A DNA stretch of 64,000 nt from Bacteroidales bacterium (GTDB taxonomy: Bacteria > Bacteroidota > Bacteroidia > Bacteroidales > VadinHA17), in the NCBI GenBank assembly GCA_041686075.1, contig JAWLEO010000012.1, forward strand, positions 9,659 through 73,658, in the 5' to 3' direction. Shown in pieces: positions 1-9,531 of this stretch (position 1 is the first letter of the stretch; each line of letters begins with the position of its first letter). The translations under genes and the position numbers were made by a program. The notes beneath the pieces are model-generated. The model saw only the letters and a list, made by a program, of their open reading frames with translations, had not been told where the DNA came from and did not search any database.

Positions 1-2404
1 TCTTCACATATTTCTCAAGCCACCGGTAAGTCTCCCACTGCATATGCATCAAGGATTCAGCAGATGAATATCCATGACTTTCCTTGGGAAGCATGACCAG
101 CCTCACCGTTGCCCCATGGCCTTTTAGCGCAGCATAATACCTTTCGCTCTGCAGCGGGAAGGTGCCGCTGTTATTGTCTGCCTGACCATGAATTAGCAAT
201 ATGGGATCCTTAACCTTGTCAGCATGCATAAATGGTGACATATAAAAATAAAGATCGGGCGCTTCCCAGAATGATCGTCTTTCATTCTGGAAGCCGAAAG
301 GTGTCAGGGTGCGGTTATAAGCCCCGCTCCTGGCTATACCTGCAGCGAAGAGCCGCGAATGGGCAAGAAGGTTGGCAGTCATGAATGCACCGTATGAATG
401 ACCCCCAACAGCTACCCTGTCAGGATCGACAACACCAAGCTCCACTCCTTTATCTATAGCTGCCTTAGCATTGGCCACCAGCTGATCCCTGAAGGTATCA
501 TTTGGTTCCTTATCACCCTCACCTACTATGGGAAATGCTGCGTTATTCATTATTGCATATCCCTGGGTAACAAAGACCAGTATAGAGGAAGGGCTCACCC
601 TGATGAACCTGTAAGGTGATCCTGAAACCTGGCCGGCAGCGTCCGGACTCTTATATTCGCGTGGATAAGCCCACAGCACTGCAGGTAAAGGTCCATCCGT
701 TTCCCTGTCATACCCCTCTGGCAGGTATAGGTCAAATGACAGGTCAAGTCCATCATCTCTCTTATACTTAACCAGTTCCTTGCTTACGCCTTCAAGCTGT
801 GGGTAAGGATTTTCAAAGTGTGTTATCTGTGTCAGTTCACCATTTTTCAGATTACGAATAAAATAATTCGGTGGTATATTAACCGACTCACGACTTGTTA
901 TCACGAGATTTTTCTCGCCAGGTAACATATCTTCCACACTCTCATAATAAGGAGCTTCTGACCGCCAGAGCCTTGTTGTCTCTCCATCTTTTATACTGTA
1001 TTTATCAATAAAAGGACGGTCGCCTTCCGGCGATGCACCCCTGCCTGTGAGATATAAAGACCGGCCCCTGTCAGCAAACAATAAAACTCTCTGCCCGTAT
1101 TCATTTTCTGTTGTAACAAAATTACCAGGGTCATTATACCTGTCTTCCGTCTGGAGACGGAAAATTTCTTTCTTTGTTTCCATTGGGTCATCGGGATCGA
1201 AGATATGCTGCACTTCAAGTCTTTCCTTACGTGACCTTTCCCTCAATATCGCCATATCATCATTGCCCCATGTAATGCCTCCAAACCTTAATTTGGTGGC
1301 AATGTACTCCACGGGTTCACCATCAAAGGGTGAGTCCAGAAGATATATCTGGTCATGGTATTCCACATCTTTCTCAAAATCACCCTCATCCAGGGGCTTA
1401 ACCCACATAACCGTTGAAGCGACATCATTCCTCCAACTGAAACCTGATGGCTCGGGGAAGGTCATATCATAACCCCGTGGCAGATTTTCTTTAAGTGGTA
1501 ATTCTGCAAGTTGCCTGATAAGATTACCATCCATATCCCATATAGCTACTATGGATGGGAAGTAATAATAGGGAACTGTGTAAGAAAAAGGTTTCTCTAC
1601 AGTCTGCACGAGTAGATAGTTGCCATCAGGTGAGGGGTTAACCGAGCGGTATATTCCGGGTTTCCCTATTTGCCTTGAGGAAGTACCATCCCACAATTTT
1701 ATCACCGAACCGGCATAGTATTCGAAAATTGCTTCGTCCACAGGGCTTTCCAGCAGGTCCTGGAAGGTCCGTGCAGCACCTTTTTTACCAAGATTTTCCT
1801 GTACAACAGGGCCTCCTGGAACAGGAGAAGGTTCCGGGCATTCGCCTCTGCCCGGTATTATGGTCTGGTAAATGATGCTCTTATTATCAGGTAACCAGGT
1901 GAAACCTCTGTAGCCGATAACCATATTAAGATTGTCATCAATTTTTTTCACCTGGAGGTTTTCAACGTTTCCCATCCATAATTCGATGCTCTCATCTGTG
2001 AAGTTGGTAAAAGCAAAATATTTACCATCATTCGACCATGAAAAATTTCCCAGCTTAAGATCCTCAGGTAAACCTTTCAAATCACGTTTACCGGAACCGT
2101 CAACATTCATTAAAGATACGTTTATTGCGTAACCTCGCCTGCTGGGTCCATTAACAACAGGGTCTATTCTTAAACCTCCCAGGCGCAATTCTTCCCTGGA
2201 AAGATCTTCTATTGAAGGCATTCCGGGCCTTTCTATCAGGGCCATAGTGGCCTCGTCAGGGCTTATCGACACCGAAGGAGTTGGATTTGCCGTCATTATT
2301 TCGACTATTTCTTCAGGCGGCTTCTGGTATTTCAAGTCATTCTGAGCAAATATCCCACCGGTGACAAATGCTAATAAGATAAATAAACTAAATACTTTTC
2401 TCAT
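1..2404 (-). CDS. S9 (prolyl oligopeptidase / DPP-type) family serine peptidase, exported; extreme C-terminus cut by window edge
   Basis: Absent from the ORF track because no stop lies in the window. My minus-strand translation from the ATG (rc of cat at 2402-2404) gives MRKVFSLFILLAFVTGGIFAQ (signal peptide). It continues through VAVGGHSYGAFMTANLL (GxSxG nucleophile, nt ~370-420), LLIHGQADNN and ESHGY, and stays open to nt 1. Confidence 0.8.
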   Translation of the reverse strand, partial: MRKVFSLFILLAFVTGGIFAQNDLKYQKPPEEIVEIMTANPTPSVSISPDEATMALIERPGMPSIEDLSREELRLGGLRIDPVVNGPSRRGYAINVSLMNVDGSGKRDLKGLPEDLKLGNFSWSNDGKYFAFTNFTDESIELWMGNVENLQVKKIDDNLNMVIGYRGFTWLPDNKSIIYQTIIPGRGECPEPSPVPGGPVVQENLGKKGAARTFQDLLESPVDEAIFEYYAGSVIKLWDGTSSRQIGKPGIYRSVNPSPDGNYLLVQTVEKPFSYTVPYYYFPSIVAIWDMDGNLIRQLAELPLKENLPRGYDMTFPEPSGFSWRNDVASTVMWVKPLDEGDFEKDVEYHDQIYLLDSPFDGEPVEYIATKLRFGGITWGNDDMAILRERSRKERLEVQHIFDPDDPMETKKEIFRLQTEDRYNDPGNFVTTENEYGQRVLLFADRGRSLYLTGRGASPEGDRPFIDKYSIKDGETTRLWRSEAPYYESVEDMLPGEKNLVITSRESVNIPPNYFIRNLKNGELTQITHFENPYPQLEGVSKELVKYKRDDGLDLSFDLYLPEGYDRETDGPLPAVLWAYPREYKSPDAAGQVSGSPYRFIRVSPSSILVFVTQGYAIMNNAAFPIVGEGDKEPNDTFRDQLVANAKAAIDKGVELGVVDPDRVAVGGHSYGAFMTANLLAHSRLFAAGIARSGAYNRTLTPFGFQNERRSFWEAPDLYFYMSPFMHADKVKDPILLIHGQADNNSGTFPLQSERYYAALKGHGATVRLVMLPKESHGYSSAESLMHMQWETYRWLEKYVK

Positions 2405-2509
2405 AGTGGTATTATTTTGGTTAATATTACTAGCTGCTAATAATGGTGTCGGTGACAAAGTTAAAATTTATGTGATATTTTTATATGCTGTATAATATTA
2501 GTTGAATTA

Positions 2510-2535
2510 TCCCGAAAAAGCTTGCTTTTTCGGGA
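2510..2535. other. Perfect 12-bp hairpin (tcccgaaaaagc tt gctttttcggga) in a divergent intergenic region
   Basis: Read directly. Arms are 2510-2521 and 2524-2535, exact reverse complements. No T-run follows on either strand, and both flanking genes point away from it. Confidence 0.7.
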
Positions 2536-2568
2536 CAATTCAACAGTACAACTTTCAAAATAACTCAT

Positions 2569-2576
2569 TACCTTTG
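2569..2576 (+). promoter_or_regulatory. Bacteroidota-type -7 promoter box (TAccTTTG) for dapD
   Basis: Matches the TAnnTTTG consensus, 20 nt upstream of the ATG at 2596. Confidence 0.5.
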
Positions 2577-2595
2577 TCAGACAAAACATCTGAAA

Positions 2596-3411
2596 ATGAA
2601 TGACCTGAAAAGCATTATAGAAAAAGCCTGGGATGAGAGGGACCTGCTAAAAAGGGATGAGACCGCTGAGGCAATAAGGAAAGTAATAGACCTCCTTGAC
2701 CAGGGCAGGGAGAGGGTGGCCGAACCTTCAAAAGACGGGTGGAAGGTTAATCAATGGATAAAGAAAGCTGTCATCCTTTACTTCCCTATACAGGACATGG
2801 AAGTGATAGAAACGGGTCCATTTGAATTCCATGATAAAATAAAGCTGAAAAAGAACTACCGGCAATTGGGGGTGCGCGTAGTGCCCCATGCCATTGCCCG
2901 CTACGGAGCCTATATAAGCAGTGGTGTAATAATGATGCCCAGTTATATAAATATTGGAGCCTATGTAGATGAGGCAACCATGGTAGACACCTGGGCCACC
3001 GTTGGCTCATGTGCCCAAATAGGTAAAAATGTTCACCTCAGCGGAGGCGTCGGGATAGGAGGTGTCCTGGAACCAGTGCAGGCTGCCCCTGTGATCATTG
3101 AGGATAACTGCTTCGTAGGCTCAAGGTCTATCATAGTGGAAGGAGCCTATATAGCTAAGGAAGCCGTCCTCGGAGCCAACGTGGTAATTACCAGATCCAC
3201 AAAAGTGATGGACGTCACAGGCGAGAAAGTGAAAACATACAAAGGATATGTGCCTCCCAAATCAGTCGTTATCCCCGGGACGTATACAAAGAAATTCCCC
3301 GCGGGGAAATACCAGGTGCCCTGTGCCCTGATAATAGGCAAGAGAAAGGAATCGACAGACAAAAAGACTTCGCTTAATGATGCACTAAGGGATTATAATG
3401 TAGCTGTTTAA
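2596..3411 (+). CDS. dapD: 2,3,4,5-tetrahydropyridine-2,6-dicarboxylate N-succinyltransferase
   Basis: 271 aa. The N-terminal helical domain is followed by left-handed beta-helix hexapeptide repeats (GAYVDEATMVDTWATVGSCAQIGKNVHLSGGVGIGGVLEP). Length and layout are typical of DapD. Confidence 0.85.
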   Translation: MNDLKSIIEKAWDERDLLKRDETAEAIRKVIDLLDQGRERVAEPSKDGWKVNQWIKKAVILYFPIQDMEVIETGPFEFHDKIKLKKNYRQLGVRVVPHAIARYGAYISSGVIMMPSYINIGAYVDEATMVDTWATVGSCAQIGKNVHLSGGVGIGGVLEPVQAAPVIIEDNCFVGSRSIIVEGAYIAKEAVLGANVVITRSTKVMDVTGEKVKTYKGYVPPKSVVIPGTYTKKFPAGKYQVPCALIIGKRKESTDKKTSLNDALRDYNVAV

Positions 3412-3416
3412 CAAGA

Positions 3417-4535
3417 ATGATACTAGGTTTTGACGCAAAAAGGGCTTTTTTTAACAGGAGCGGACTGGGTAGTTACAGCCGTAACCTGCTGAATTCATTC
3501 TTCAAGTTTTATCCCGGTAATAAATATATACTCTATAGTCCGAGGAGTAAAAATAAGATTGACTTTACTCACCGGGATAATTATATTCTCCGTACACCTG
3601 AAGATACGATAAATAGAGTGTTTACTTCTTTATGGCGTACAAAAGGTATCAGTAAGCAGATTAGCAAAGATAGTCCGGATATTTATCATGGATTGAGCAG
3701 TGAATTACCCTTATCGCTGAAAAAAAGTAGTATAAAAACTCTTGTAACAGTTCATGATCTAATATATATGAGGTACCCGGGCTTATATAAAATCATTGAC
3801 AGAAATATATACTTCGGGAAAACAATACATGCATGCAAGCATTCCGATCATATTGTGGCCATCAGCGAGCAGACGAAGGCTGACATTGTTTATTTCACAG
3901 GCACTGAACACAATAAAATTTCTGTAATATACCAGGATTGCCATCCTTCCTTTTATGCTACTCCCGATGAGGATAAAAAAGATGAACTGCGTAAGAAATA
4001 TTCACTACCGTCCGAATATCTCCTTTATGTTGGTACTATCGAAGAACGAAAAAACCTGCTTTCAATCATTAAAGCTCTTAAAATAAGCCAGCTTGAAGTA
4101 CCCCTGGTGGTAGTTGGTAAAAAAACACCTTATTTTAAAAAAGTCAGCTCCTATATCAGCAGGAACAATATTAAAAATATTACGGTCCTGGATACCATGA
4201 ATAACGAAGACCTTCCTGCCATATACAGGATGGCAGCATGCTTTATCTATCCCTCCTTTTTTGAAGGTTTTGGCATACCTATCATTGAAGCCCTTGTTTC
4301 AGGTGTACCTGTTATCACCAGTATAGGCAGCTGCTTCAGGGAAGCAGGCGGCCCCGGTTCCATATATGTTGATCCTTCTGAGCCGGAAGAATTATCGGAA
4401 GCCATCGTGAGTGTGATAAATGATAAATCCCTGTCGTCTAAAATGATTTCACAGGGGAAGGAATATGCACAGAGGTTCAGGGCCGAGGCAATAGCTGAAC
4501 AGTATATCAACCTTTACAAATCTTTGATTGAATAA
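3417..4535 (+). CDS. Glycosyltransferase family 4 (GT-B, RfaG-like)
   Basis: 372 aa. The C-terminal half carries the GT4 signature (LLYVGTIEERKN, YPSFFEGFGIPIIEAL). Confidence 0.8.
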   Translation: MILGFDAKRAFFNRSGLGSYSRNLLNSFFKFYPGNKYILYSPRSKNKIDFTHRDNYILRTPEDTINRVFTSLWRTKGISKQISKDSPDIYHGLSSELPLSLKKSSIKTLVTVHDLIYMRYPGLYKIIDRNIYFGKTIHACKHSDHIVAISEQTKADIVYFTGTEHNKISVIYQDCHPSFYATPDEDKKDELRKKYSLPSEYLLYVGTIEERKNLLSIIKALKISQLEVPLVVVGKKTPYFKKVSSYISRNNIKNITVLDTMNNEDLPAIYRMAACFIYPSFFEGFGIPIIEALVSGVPVITSIGSCFREAGGPGSIYVDPSEPEELSEAIVSVINDKSLSSKMISQGKEYAQRFRAEAIAEQYINLYKSLIE

Positions 4536-5613
4536 GCTTTTCTATCTTATCAACGTGACTCTCTAGTGAAAAGTACTTTTTGATCCTTTGCCTCGCATTC
4601 TCACCCATTGTATCAAGCATCTCAGGTTTATTGTAAAGCTCTCTTATTCTTTCCGCCATGGCTTCCAGGTTATCTTTCTCGACTAAAAAACCATTATGGC
4701 CCTCAATGATAAGTTCAGAAGGACTGCCAATATTAAAAGCTATGGCAGGTTTACCATAACTCATTGATTCGAGCAATACGTTTGCAAACCCCTCCTTTTC
4801 AGATGTTAGGACAAGGATCTTGATAGACCTGTAGAATCTGTCCATATCTTCAATAAAGCCGGGTAAGTTAAACCTCGATCCAAGGCCTGTTTTTCTTATC
4901 CTGCGTTTTATATCTTTAAGCTGGTCACCTTCCCCGGCGAGTATTATCTCAAAATCCACTCCTTTGTCCTCCAGTATAATACCCAGTTCAACCAGTGCAG
5001 TGTAGCCTTTTTCTTGTGACACCCTTCCGGCTGCTCCTATTATCATCTTTTTATTAGGATCAGGTTCCTTATCGATAAGGGGTAGTTCAACGCCATTATA
5101 GATAATGCTTATTTTTTCCTGTTTGATGGCCCCGGAGAAATTCCTCAGGATTCCCCGCTTTGTATCTTCTGAAGTAGCTATTATATCCGTTACAACTTCT
5201 GAAAGAAGGTGCCTGTTTTGCCGGTTCCCCCTTATAGGTTTTGCCATTCCTCTACGGTAAATGATCTTTGGCACTTTTTCCCACCCTGCTACCCTTCCTC
5301 CGGTTTTTAGATCAATTGAGAGGTTCAGAAAAACTACCCTTACGTTGTGTGTCCGGTAGATCTTTCTTATACGCAGCATAAGAAAGGGATTTAAAAAACT
5401 GCCAGCTATCATCTTCAGACCTATTGTAGGAAGTCCTGCCCGAACCGCGCGTTTCAATAATTCACTTCCTTTGTTGGCTATTATAATCACATTATAATGC
5501 CTCTTGCTCAACTCCCCGGCCACAGTAAGCGACCATTTTTCTCCCCCGCCCCAGTCCTTGTTGGTGTTAAAGAAACAAACCGAGCCTTTAAATTCTTTCC
5601 CGGATACCGGCAT
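4507..5613 (-). CDS. Glycosyltransferase family 4
   Basis: 368 aa with GG...WSL at the N-terminus and LTSEKEGFANVLLESMSYGKPAIAF (EX7E-type motif). Its 3' end overlaps the convergent GT4 gene by 29 nt. Confidence 0.8.
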   Translation of the reverse strand: MPVSGKEFKGSVCFFNTNKDWGGGEKWSLTVAGELSKRHYNVIIIANKGSELLKRAVRAGLPTIGLKMIAGSFLNPFLMLRIRKIYRTHNVRVVFLNLSIDLKTGGRVAGWEKVPKIIYRRGMAKPIRGNRQNRHLLSEVVTDIIATSEDTKRGILRNFSGAIKQEKISIIYNGVELPLIDKEPDPNKKMIIGAAGRVSQEKGYTALVELGIILEDKGVDFEIILAGEGDQLKDIKRRIRKTGLGSRFNLPGFIEDMDRFYRSIKILVLTSEKEGFANVLLESMSYGKPAIAFNIGSPSELIIEGHNGFLVEKDNLEAMAERIRELYNKPEMLDTMGENARQRIKKYFSLESHVDKIEKLIQSKICKG

Positions 5614-5706
5614 AATTATATTATTTATATTGAGCTGATATTTAATACAAAAATATGTTACTTGAGTCAGAAAGTATAAATTTGCTGCATATTAAAATCA
5701 CATAGT

Positions 5707-6648
5707 ATGACTATAAGTGGATTCTCAATGGCCAAAAATGCCGATAAGCTGGGTTATCCTGTGAAAGAAGCTATTCTTTCTATACTCCCCATTGTTGATG
5801 AATTTGTGATTACTGTTGGTGATTGCGATGCTGATGATAAAACGCGGGAGTTAATTGAGAGTATCGAGAGTGAAAAAATAAAAATAATAGACACTGTCTG
5901 GGACCTTGATAAGTATCCTCGTGGCATGGAACATGCTCACCAGACTGATATTGCAAAAGAACAATGCAGTGGCGACTGGTTATTCTATGTTCAGGCCGAT
6001 GAGCTTGTACACGAAGATGATCTGCCCGTCATCAGGGAAAGATGCGAAGAGCTGCTTGATGATTCTGAAGTGGAAGGTTTCTTATTTAAATACATACACT
6101 TCTGGGGTGATTATGACCATTACCATCACTCTCACAACTGGTACAAGAATGAAATAAGGATAATAAGAAACGACCCTGACATTCACAGCTGGGAATCAGC
6201 CCAGTCCTTCCGGCGTATACCTGACTTCGACGGCCTTAATTACAGGCAACAAAAAGGTACTTTCAAACTTAAAGTTGCCAGGCTTGATGCCCATATCTAT
6301 CACTACGGCTGGGTAAGGCCTCCAAAAATAATGAGGGCGAAATCGAAAGCCTTTACCAGGATACATCACGGGGAAGAGAAAGCCAGGGAGCATGAGGCAA
6401 GAAACAGTCCTGTCTTTGATTATGGTGACCTTAGGAAATTAAGGATATTCAGGGGCAGTCATCCTGCTGTGATGCACGAAAGGATAAAAAATTTCGACTG
6501 GGCTGACCAGTTAAGTGGCAATACTGCCAGGAGGCCGAAATTCAAACATGAGAAGTTAAGGTACATGTTTGTTACTTTCCTGGAAAATAAAATATTTCAC
6601 TGTCCATTGTTTGAATTTAAAAATTATATACTTCTGAAAAGTAAATAA
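5707..6648 (+). CDS. Putative glycosyltransferase (GT2-like fold)
   Basis: 313 aa. The N-terminus (ISGFSMAKNADKLGYPVKEAILSILPIVDEFVI ... YVQADE) resembles the conserved GT-A-type proteins found next to GT4 genes. Recognised by eye only. Confidence 0.5.
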   Translation: MTISGFSMAKNADKLGYPVKEAILSILPIVDEFVITVGDCDADDKTRELIESIESEKIKIIDTVWDLDKYPRGMEHAHQTDIAKEQCSGDWLFYVQADELVHEDDLPVIRERCEELLDDSEVEGFLFKYIHFWGDYDHYHHSHNWYKNEIRIIRNDPDIHSWESAQSFRRIPDFDGLNYRQQKGTFKLKVARLDAHIYHYGWVRPPKIMRAKSKAFTRIHHGEEKAREHEARNSPVFDYGDLRKLRIFRGSHPAVMHERIKNFDWADQLSGNTARRPKFKHEKLRYMFVTFLENKIFHCPLFEFKNYILLKSK

Positions 6649-6661
6649 GAGGCTGGCCCTT

Positions 6662-7231
6662 ATGACTAACTTCAATAATATTATCAAAGAAGCTGTTAAT
6701 ATACTCCGCGATGGAGGTGTAATATTGTATCCAACAGATACCATATGGGGACTTGGATGTGATGCCACGGACAGTGATGCTGTTAAAAGAATAAACGACA
6801 TAAAAAAAAGAACCGATAAACATGGTATGCTTATCCTCCTGGATACAGCATCAAAACTTCCTTATTATGTAAAGCAGGTGCCAGAGATTGCGTGGCAGCT
6901 CAACGAGGTAAGCGACAGTCCCCTAACCCTTATTTATCCCGGTGCAAGGAATGTTGCCCCCGAGCTTATTGCCAGTGACGGCTCGCTGGGAATCAGGATT
7001 GTGGAAGATGAATTTTGTTCTGCTCTCATAGAAAGGTTAAGAAAACCACTGGTATCGACATCAGCCAATATCACCGGTGATGTGGCACCCGAGAATTTTT
7101 TTGAAATAAGTGAAAAGATAAAAAAGTCGGTAGATTATATAGTTCCCTTACGGCAGGAAGAAAGGGGGAAAAAAACTGCCTCGCCAATTATTAAAATTGA
7201 AATTGACGGGCAGTTCAAAATTATTCGATAA
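6662..7231 (+). CDS. tsaC: L-threonylcarbamoyladenylate synthase (YrdC/TsaC type)
   Basis: 189 aa with ILYPTDTIWGLGCDA, LPYYVKQVPE, GIRI and LVSTSAN, all YrdC-domain motifs. Confidence 0.8.
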   Translation: MTNFNNIIKEAVNILRDGGVILYPTDTIWGLGCDATDSDAVKRINDIKKRTDKHGMLILLDTASKLPYYVKQVPEIAWQLNEVSDSPLTLIYPGARNVAPELIASDGSLGIRIVEDEFCSALIERLRKPLVSTSANITGDVAPENFFEISEKIKKSVDYIVPLRQEERGKKTASPIIKIEIDGQFKIIR

Positions 7232-7238
7232 TTATGAC

Positions 7239-7922
7239 TTAATTTTTCCTTACCTTCCCCGAGCCCGAAATCCTGGCATCAACACTGGGGTTACCGGTAT
7301 AATAAATATCACCACTGCCGGACACTCGTGCTTCAAGGTCTTCTTCAACGCTTGCATGGCATTTCCCGCTCCCTGAAATAGAGACATCAAGTGTCCTGAG
7401 TTGAAAATCCTGACCCTTAAAGTTACCCGAACCGCTTATCGATAATTCAGCGTCGTCAGCCTCACCTATGAGTTCCATCGACCCTGAACCTGATATGCTG
7501 CAGTCGAGCGATACAGCCGCCAGATTAGCAAGGTCAACATCACCACTACCACTAACGCTGATATCCAGGGATTCAGTTTTAATTGCACCTTCTGCTATTA
7601 TTTTTCCCGATCCGGAAACTGCGAGGCTTTCTATTTCAGGCATTGTTACATAAGCTGTTACCTTATCATTACCCCATGAGAACCATTTGTCATGCCTGAT
7701 AAGCAACCTGTCTCCCCTCACGGTGGTTTCTATGTCTTCAAGGAAGTCCTCATCGCCTTCAAGAACCACTCTGAAAGTATTTCCCTGTTCAAGAATAAGG
7801 GTGCCGGCCACGCCAAATGAAAGCCCTGAAAAATCATCCACATTCCTGGTCTGACTGACCTGTGCATGTGATGTCCCAATCGCCAGCAATGCAAGCAGAA
7901 TTAAGCTAAGATATTTTTTCAT
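7239..7922 (-). CDS. DUF2807 / head-GIN domain lipoprotein-like exported protein
   Basis: 227 aa with a signal peptide and a repeated VSGSG/ISGSG beta-helix ladder. Confidence 0.7.
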   Translation of the reverse strand: MKKYLSLILLALLAIGTSHAQVSQTRNVDDFSGLSFGVAGTLILEQGNTFRVVLEGDEDFLEDIETTVRGDRLLIRHDKWFSWGNDKVTAYVTMPEIESLAVSGSGKIIAEGAIKTESLDISVSGSGDVDLANLAAVSLDCSISGSGSMELIGEADDAELSISGSGNFKGQDFQLRTLDVSISGSGKCHASVEEDLEARVSGSGDIYYTGNPSVDARISGSGKVRKN

Positions 7923-8009
7923 GATAATAAAAATTTATGGGTTTATCCAATTTTCTGACACTGTAAAGACGAAGACTTATTAAAATTGATGCAGAAAAAA
8001 GGAAAAATA

Positions 8010-8537
8010 TTATTCATTGATCCCCAGGATTCCGGGAGGCAGATCTAATATTATATTCTTTTTGTCTTGATCGATTTCGATTATCCAGTCCGGATTAAGA
8101 GGGATCAACACTTCGCGATCATCACTTTCAAGCACAAGCATATATTGCATTGGGAGGCTCATTACCTTTTTTACAAGTCCAATATATTCTTTTGACCGGT
8201 TAAAGACTTTAAAGCCCGATAGAATTAATTGTGAGGGTATTCCTTTTTCATTCCTGGCATAATCCTTAGCGATAAACACTCTGCAGCCTATAAACTCGGT
8301 CATCACCTCCCTACTATCGTAGCCATCAAATTTTAGTATGATATTACCTGATGCATGTTCCTTAACCGAGCTAACAAAAAAAGGAACAGGTTTTCCTTCT
8401 ATCTCAATAAAAACCCATTCCTTTTCCGAAATTTCTTCAGATACATAATCCTCCAGGCTCATCATCACGGACCCGCGGTAACCATGAGTCTTAAGGATTT
8501 TACCCAGTAATATGAATTTATTATCTGTTACGGGCAT
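8010..8537 (-). CDS. rimM: 16S rRNA processing protein RimM
   Basis: 175 aa with the N-terminal motif GKILKTHGYRGSV and a PRC-barrel C-terminus. It lies immediately downstream of rpsP, the conserved rpsP-rimM synteny. Confidence 0.85.
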   Translation of the reverse strand: MPVTDNKFILLGKILKTHGYRGSVMMSLEDYVSEEISEKEWVFIEIEGKPVPFFVSSVKEHASGNIILKFDGYDSREVMTEFIGCRVFIAKDYARNEKGIPSQLILSGFKVFNRSKEYIGLVKKVMSLPMQYMLVLESDDREVLIPLNPDWIIEIDQDKKNIILDLPPGILGINE

Positions 8538-8559
8538 ATCATCCCGCTTAATAATTAAC

Positions 8560-9381
8560 TTATTCTCCCTTTTTATCCTTCTCCTCCTCCTCCTTTTTCT
8601 CTTCCTCCTTATCCTTAGTTTCTTCTTTCTCCTCCTTTTCTTCTTCCTTAGCCTCAGCCTTAGCCTTAGCCTCTTCTTCTTTCTTTTCTTCTTCCTCCTT
8701 AGCCTCAGCCTCAGCCTTAGCCTCTTCTTCCACTGTCTCCTCTTTGTCTTCTTCCTTCTCCTCTTCCTCAGCCTCAGCCTCAGCCTCAGCCTCTTCTTCT
8801 TTCTTCTCTTTGTCTTCTTCCTTCTCCTCTTCCTTAGCCTCAGCCTTTTCTTCTTCTTCCTCAGCCTTAGCCTCAGCCTCTTCTTCTTTCTCCTCGGCAG
8901 GAGCCGTCTCAGTCTCAGCTAACTCAGCCCTCTTCTTAGCCAGAGCTTCCGCCCTCTCCTTATTTATCTTTTTCTCAGCTTCAAGGCGTTTTTTCTTTTC
9001 ATCTTCCCTGTCTTTCTCAAGTCCGGTGATTTTATCCTCTATTTTCTTTTCTTTATCCATGAGCCATATCTGGAATCTTCTCTCTGCTTCTTCTTCGTCA
9101 AAAGCACCTTTTCTTACTCCTTCAAGAAGGTGTTTTTTCAGCAATATCCCTTTATAAGATAAGATAGCCCTGCACGTGTCTGTAGGTTGTGCGCCTTTTT
9201 GCAGCCAGTCCAGTGCCCTGTCGAAATCTATCTCGATTGTTGCCGGATCTGTAATGGGATTGTAAACCCCGAGTTTTTCAATAAACCTGCCATCCCGTGG
9301 CGCTCTGCTATCTGCTACCACAATGTGGTAGAAGGCCTTTCTTTTTCGACCCTTCCTAGCTAATCTAATTTTTACTGCCAT
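8560..9381 (-). CDS. rpsP: 30S ribosomal protein S16 with a ~165-aa E/K/A-rich C-terminal tail
   Basis: The N-terminus [42 protein letters not shown] is canonical S16. The rest is low-complexity EEKEE/AEAKA. Confidence 0.9.
   Translation of the reverse strand: MAVKIRLARKGRKRKAFYHIVVADSRAPRDGRFIEKLGVYNPITDPATIEIDFDRALDWLQKGAQPTDTCRAILSYKGILLKKHLLEGVRKGAFDEEEAERRFQIWLMDKEKKIEDKITGLEKDREDEKKKRLEAEKKINKERAEALAKKRAELAETETAPAEEKEEEAEAKAEEEEEKAEAKEEEKEEDKEKKEEEAEAEAEAEEEEKEEDKEETVEEEAKAEAEAKEEEEKKEEEAKAKAEAKEEEKEEKEETKDKEEEKKEEEEKDKKGE
8575..8930. repeat. Imperfect tandem repeats inside the rpsP tail (6-nt agcct[c/t] units; exact 28-nt repeat 66 nt apart)
   Basis: The sequence tctttgtcttcttccttctcctcttcct occurs at 8741-8768 and again at 8807-8834. 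Runs of cagcct/tagcct lie between. Confidence 0.85.
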
Positions 9382-9422
9382 TTAATACGCGTTAATATTC
9401 TTACTTATAAAATTTGTGGCTG

Positions 9423-9430
9423 CAAAGATA
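9423..9430 (-). promoter_or_regulatory. -7 promoter box (TAtcTTTG on the minus strand) for rpsP
   Basis: caaagata on the plus strand is TATCTTTG on the minus strand, ~42 nt upstream of the rpsP ATG. Confidence 0.45.
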
Positions 9431-9531
9431 TGGATTATTAAATAATCAACAAACAAAAAGCTTGGGAAAAATAGTTGAGGCTCCCGTGAAGAGAGCCCCA
9501 ATTATAATATCAAATTAATAAGTGGTTTTAT

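Noticed and set aside
398-2132. Several 60-140-aa plus- and minus-strand ORFs in the first 2.4 kb
   Set aside because: The whole region is covered by one continuous minus-strand S9 peptidase reading frame with clear catalytic motifs. The track ORFs are out-of-frame or antisense artefacts.
8512-9157. Two long plus-strand ORFs (136 and 137 aa) rich in L/F/S
   Set aside because: They are the antisense reading of the E/K/A repeat tail of rpsP. Low-complexity repeats stay open in several frames. They have no start context and no recognisable domain.
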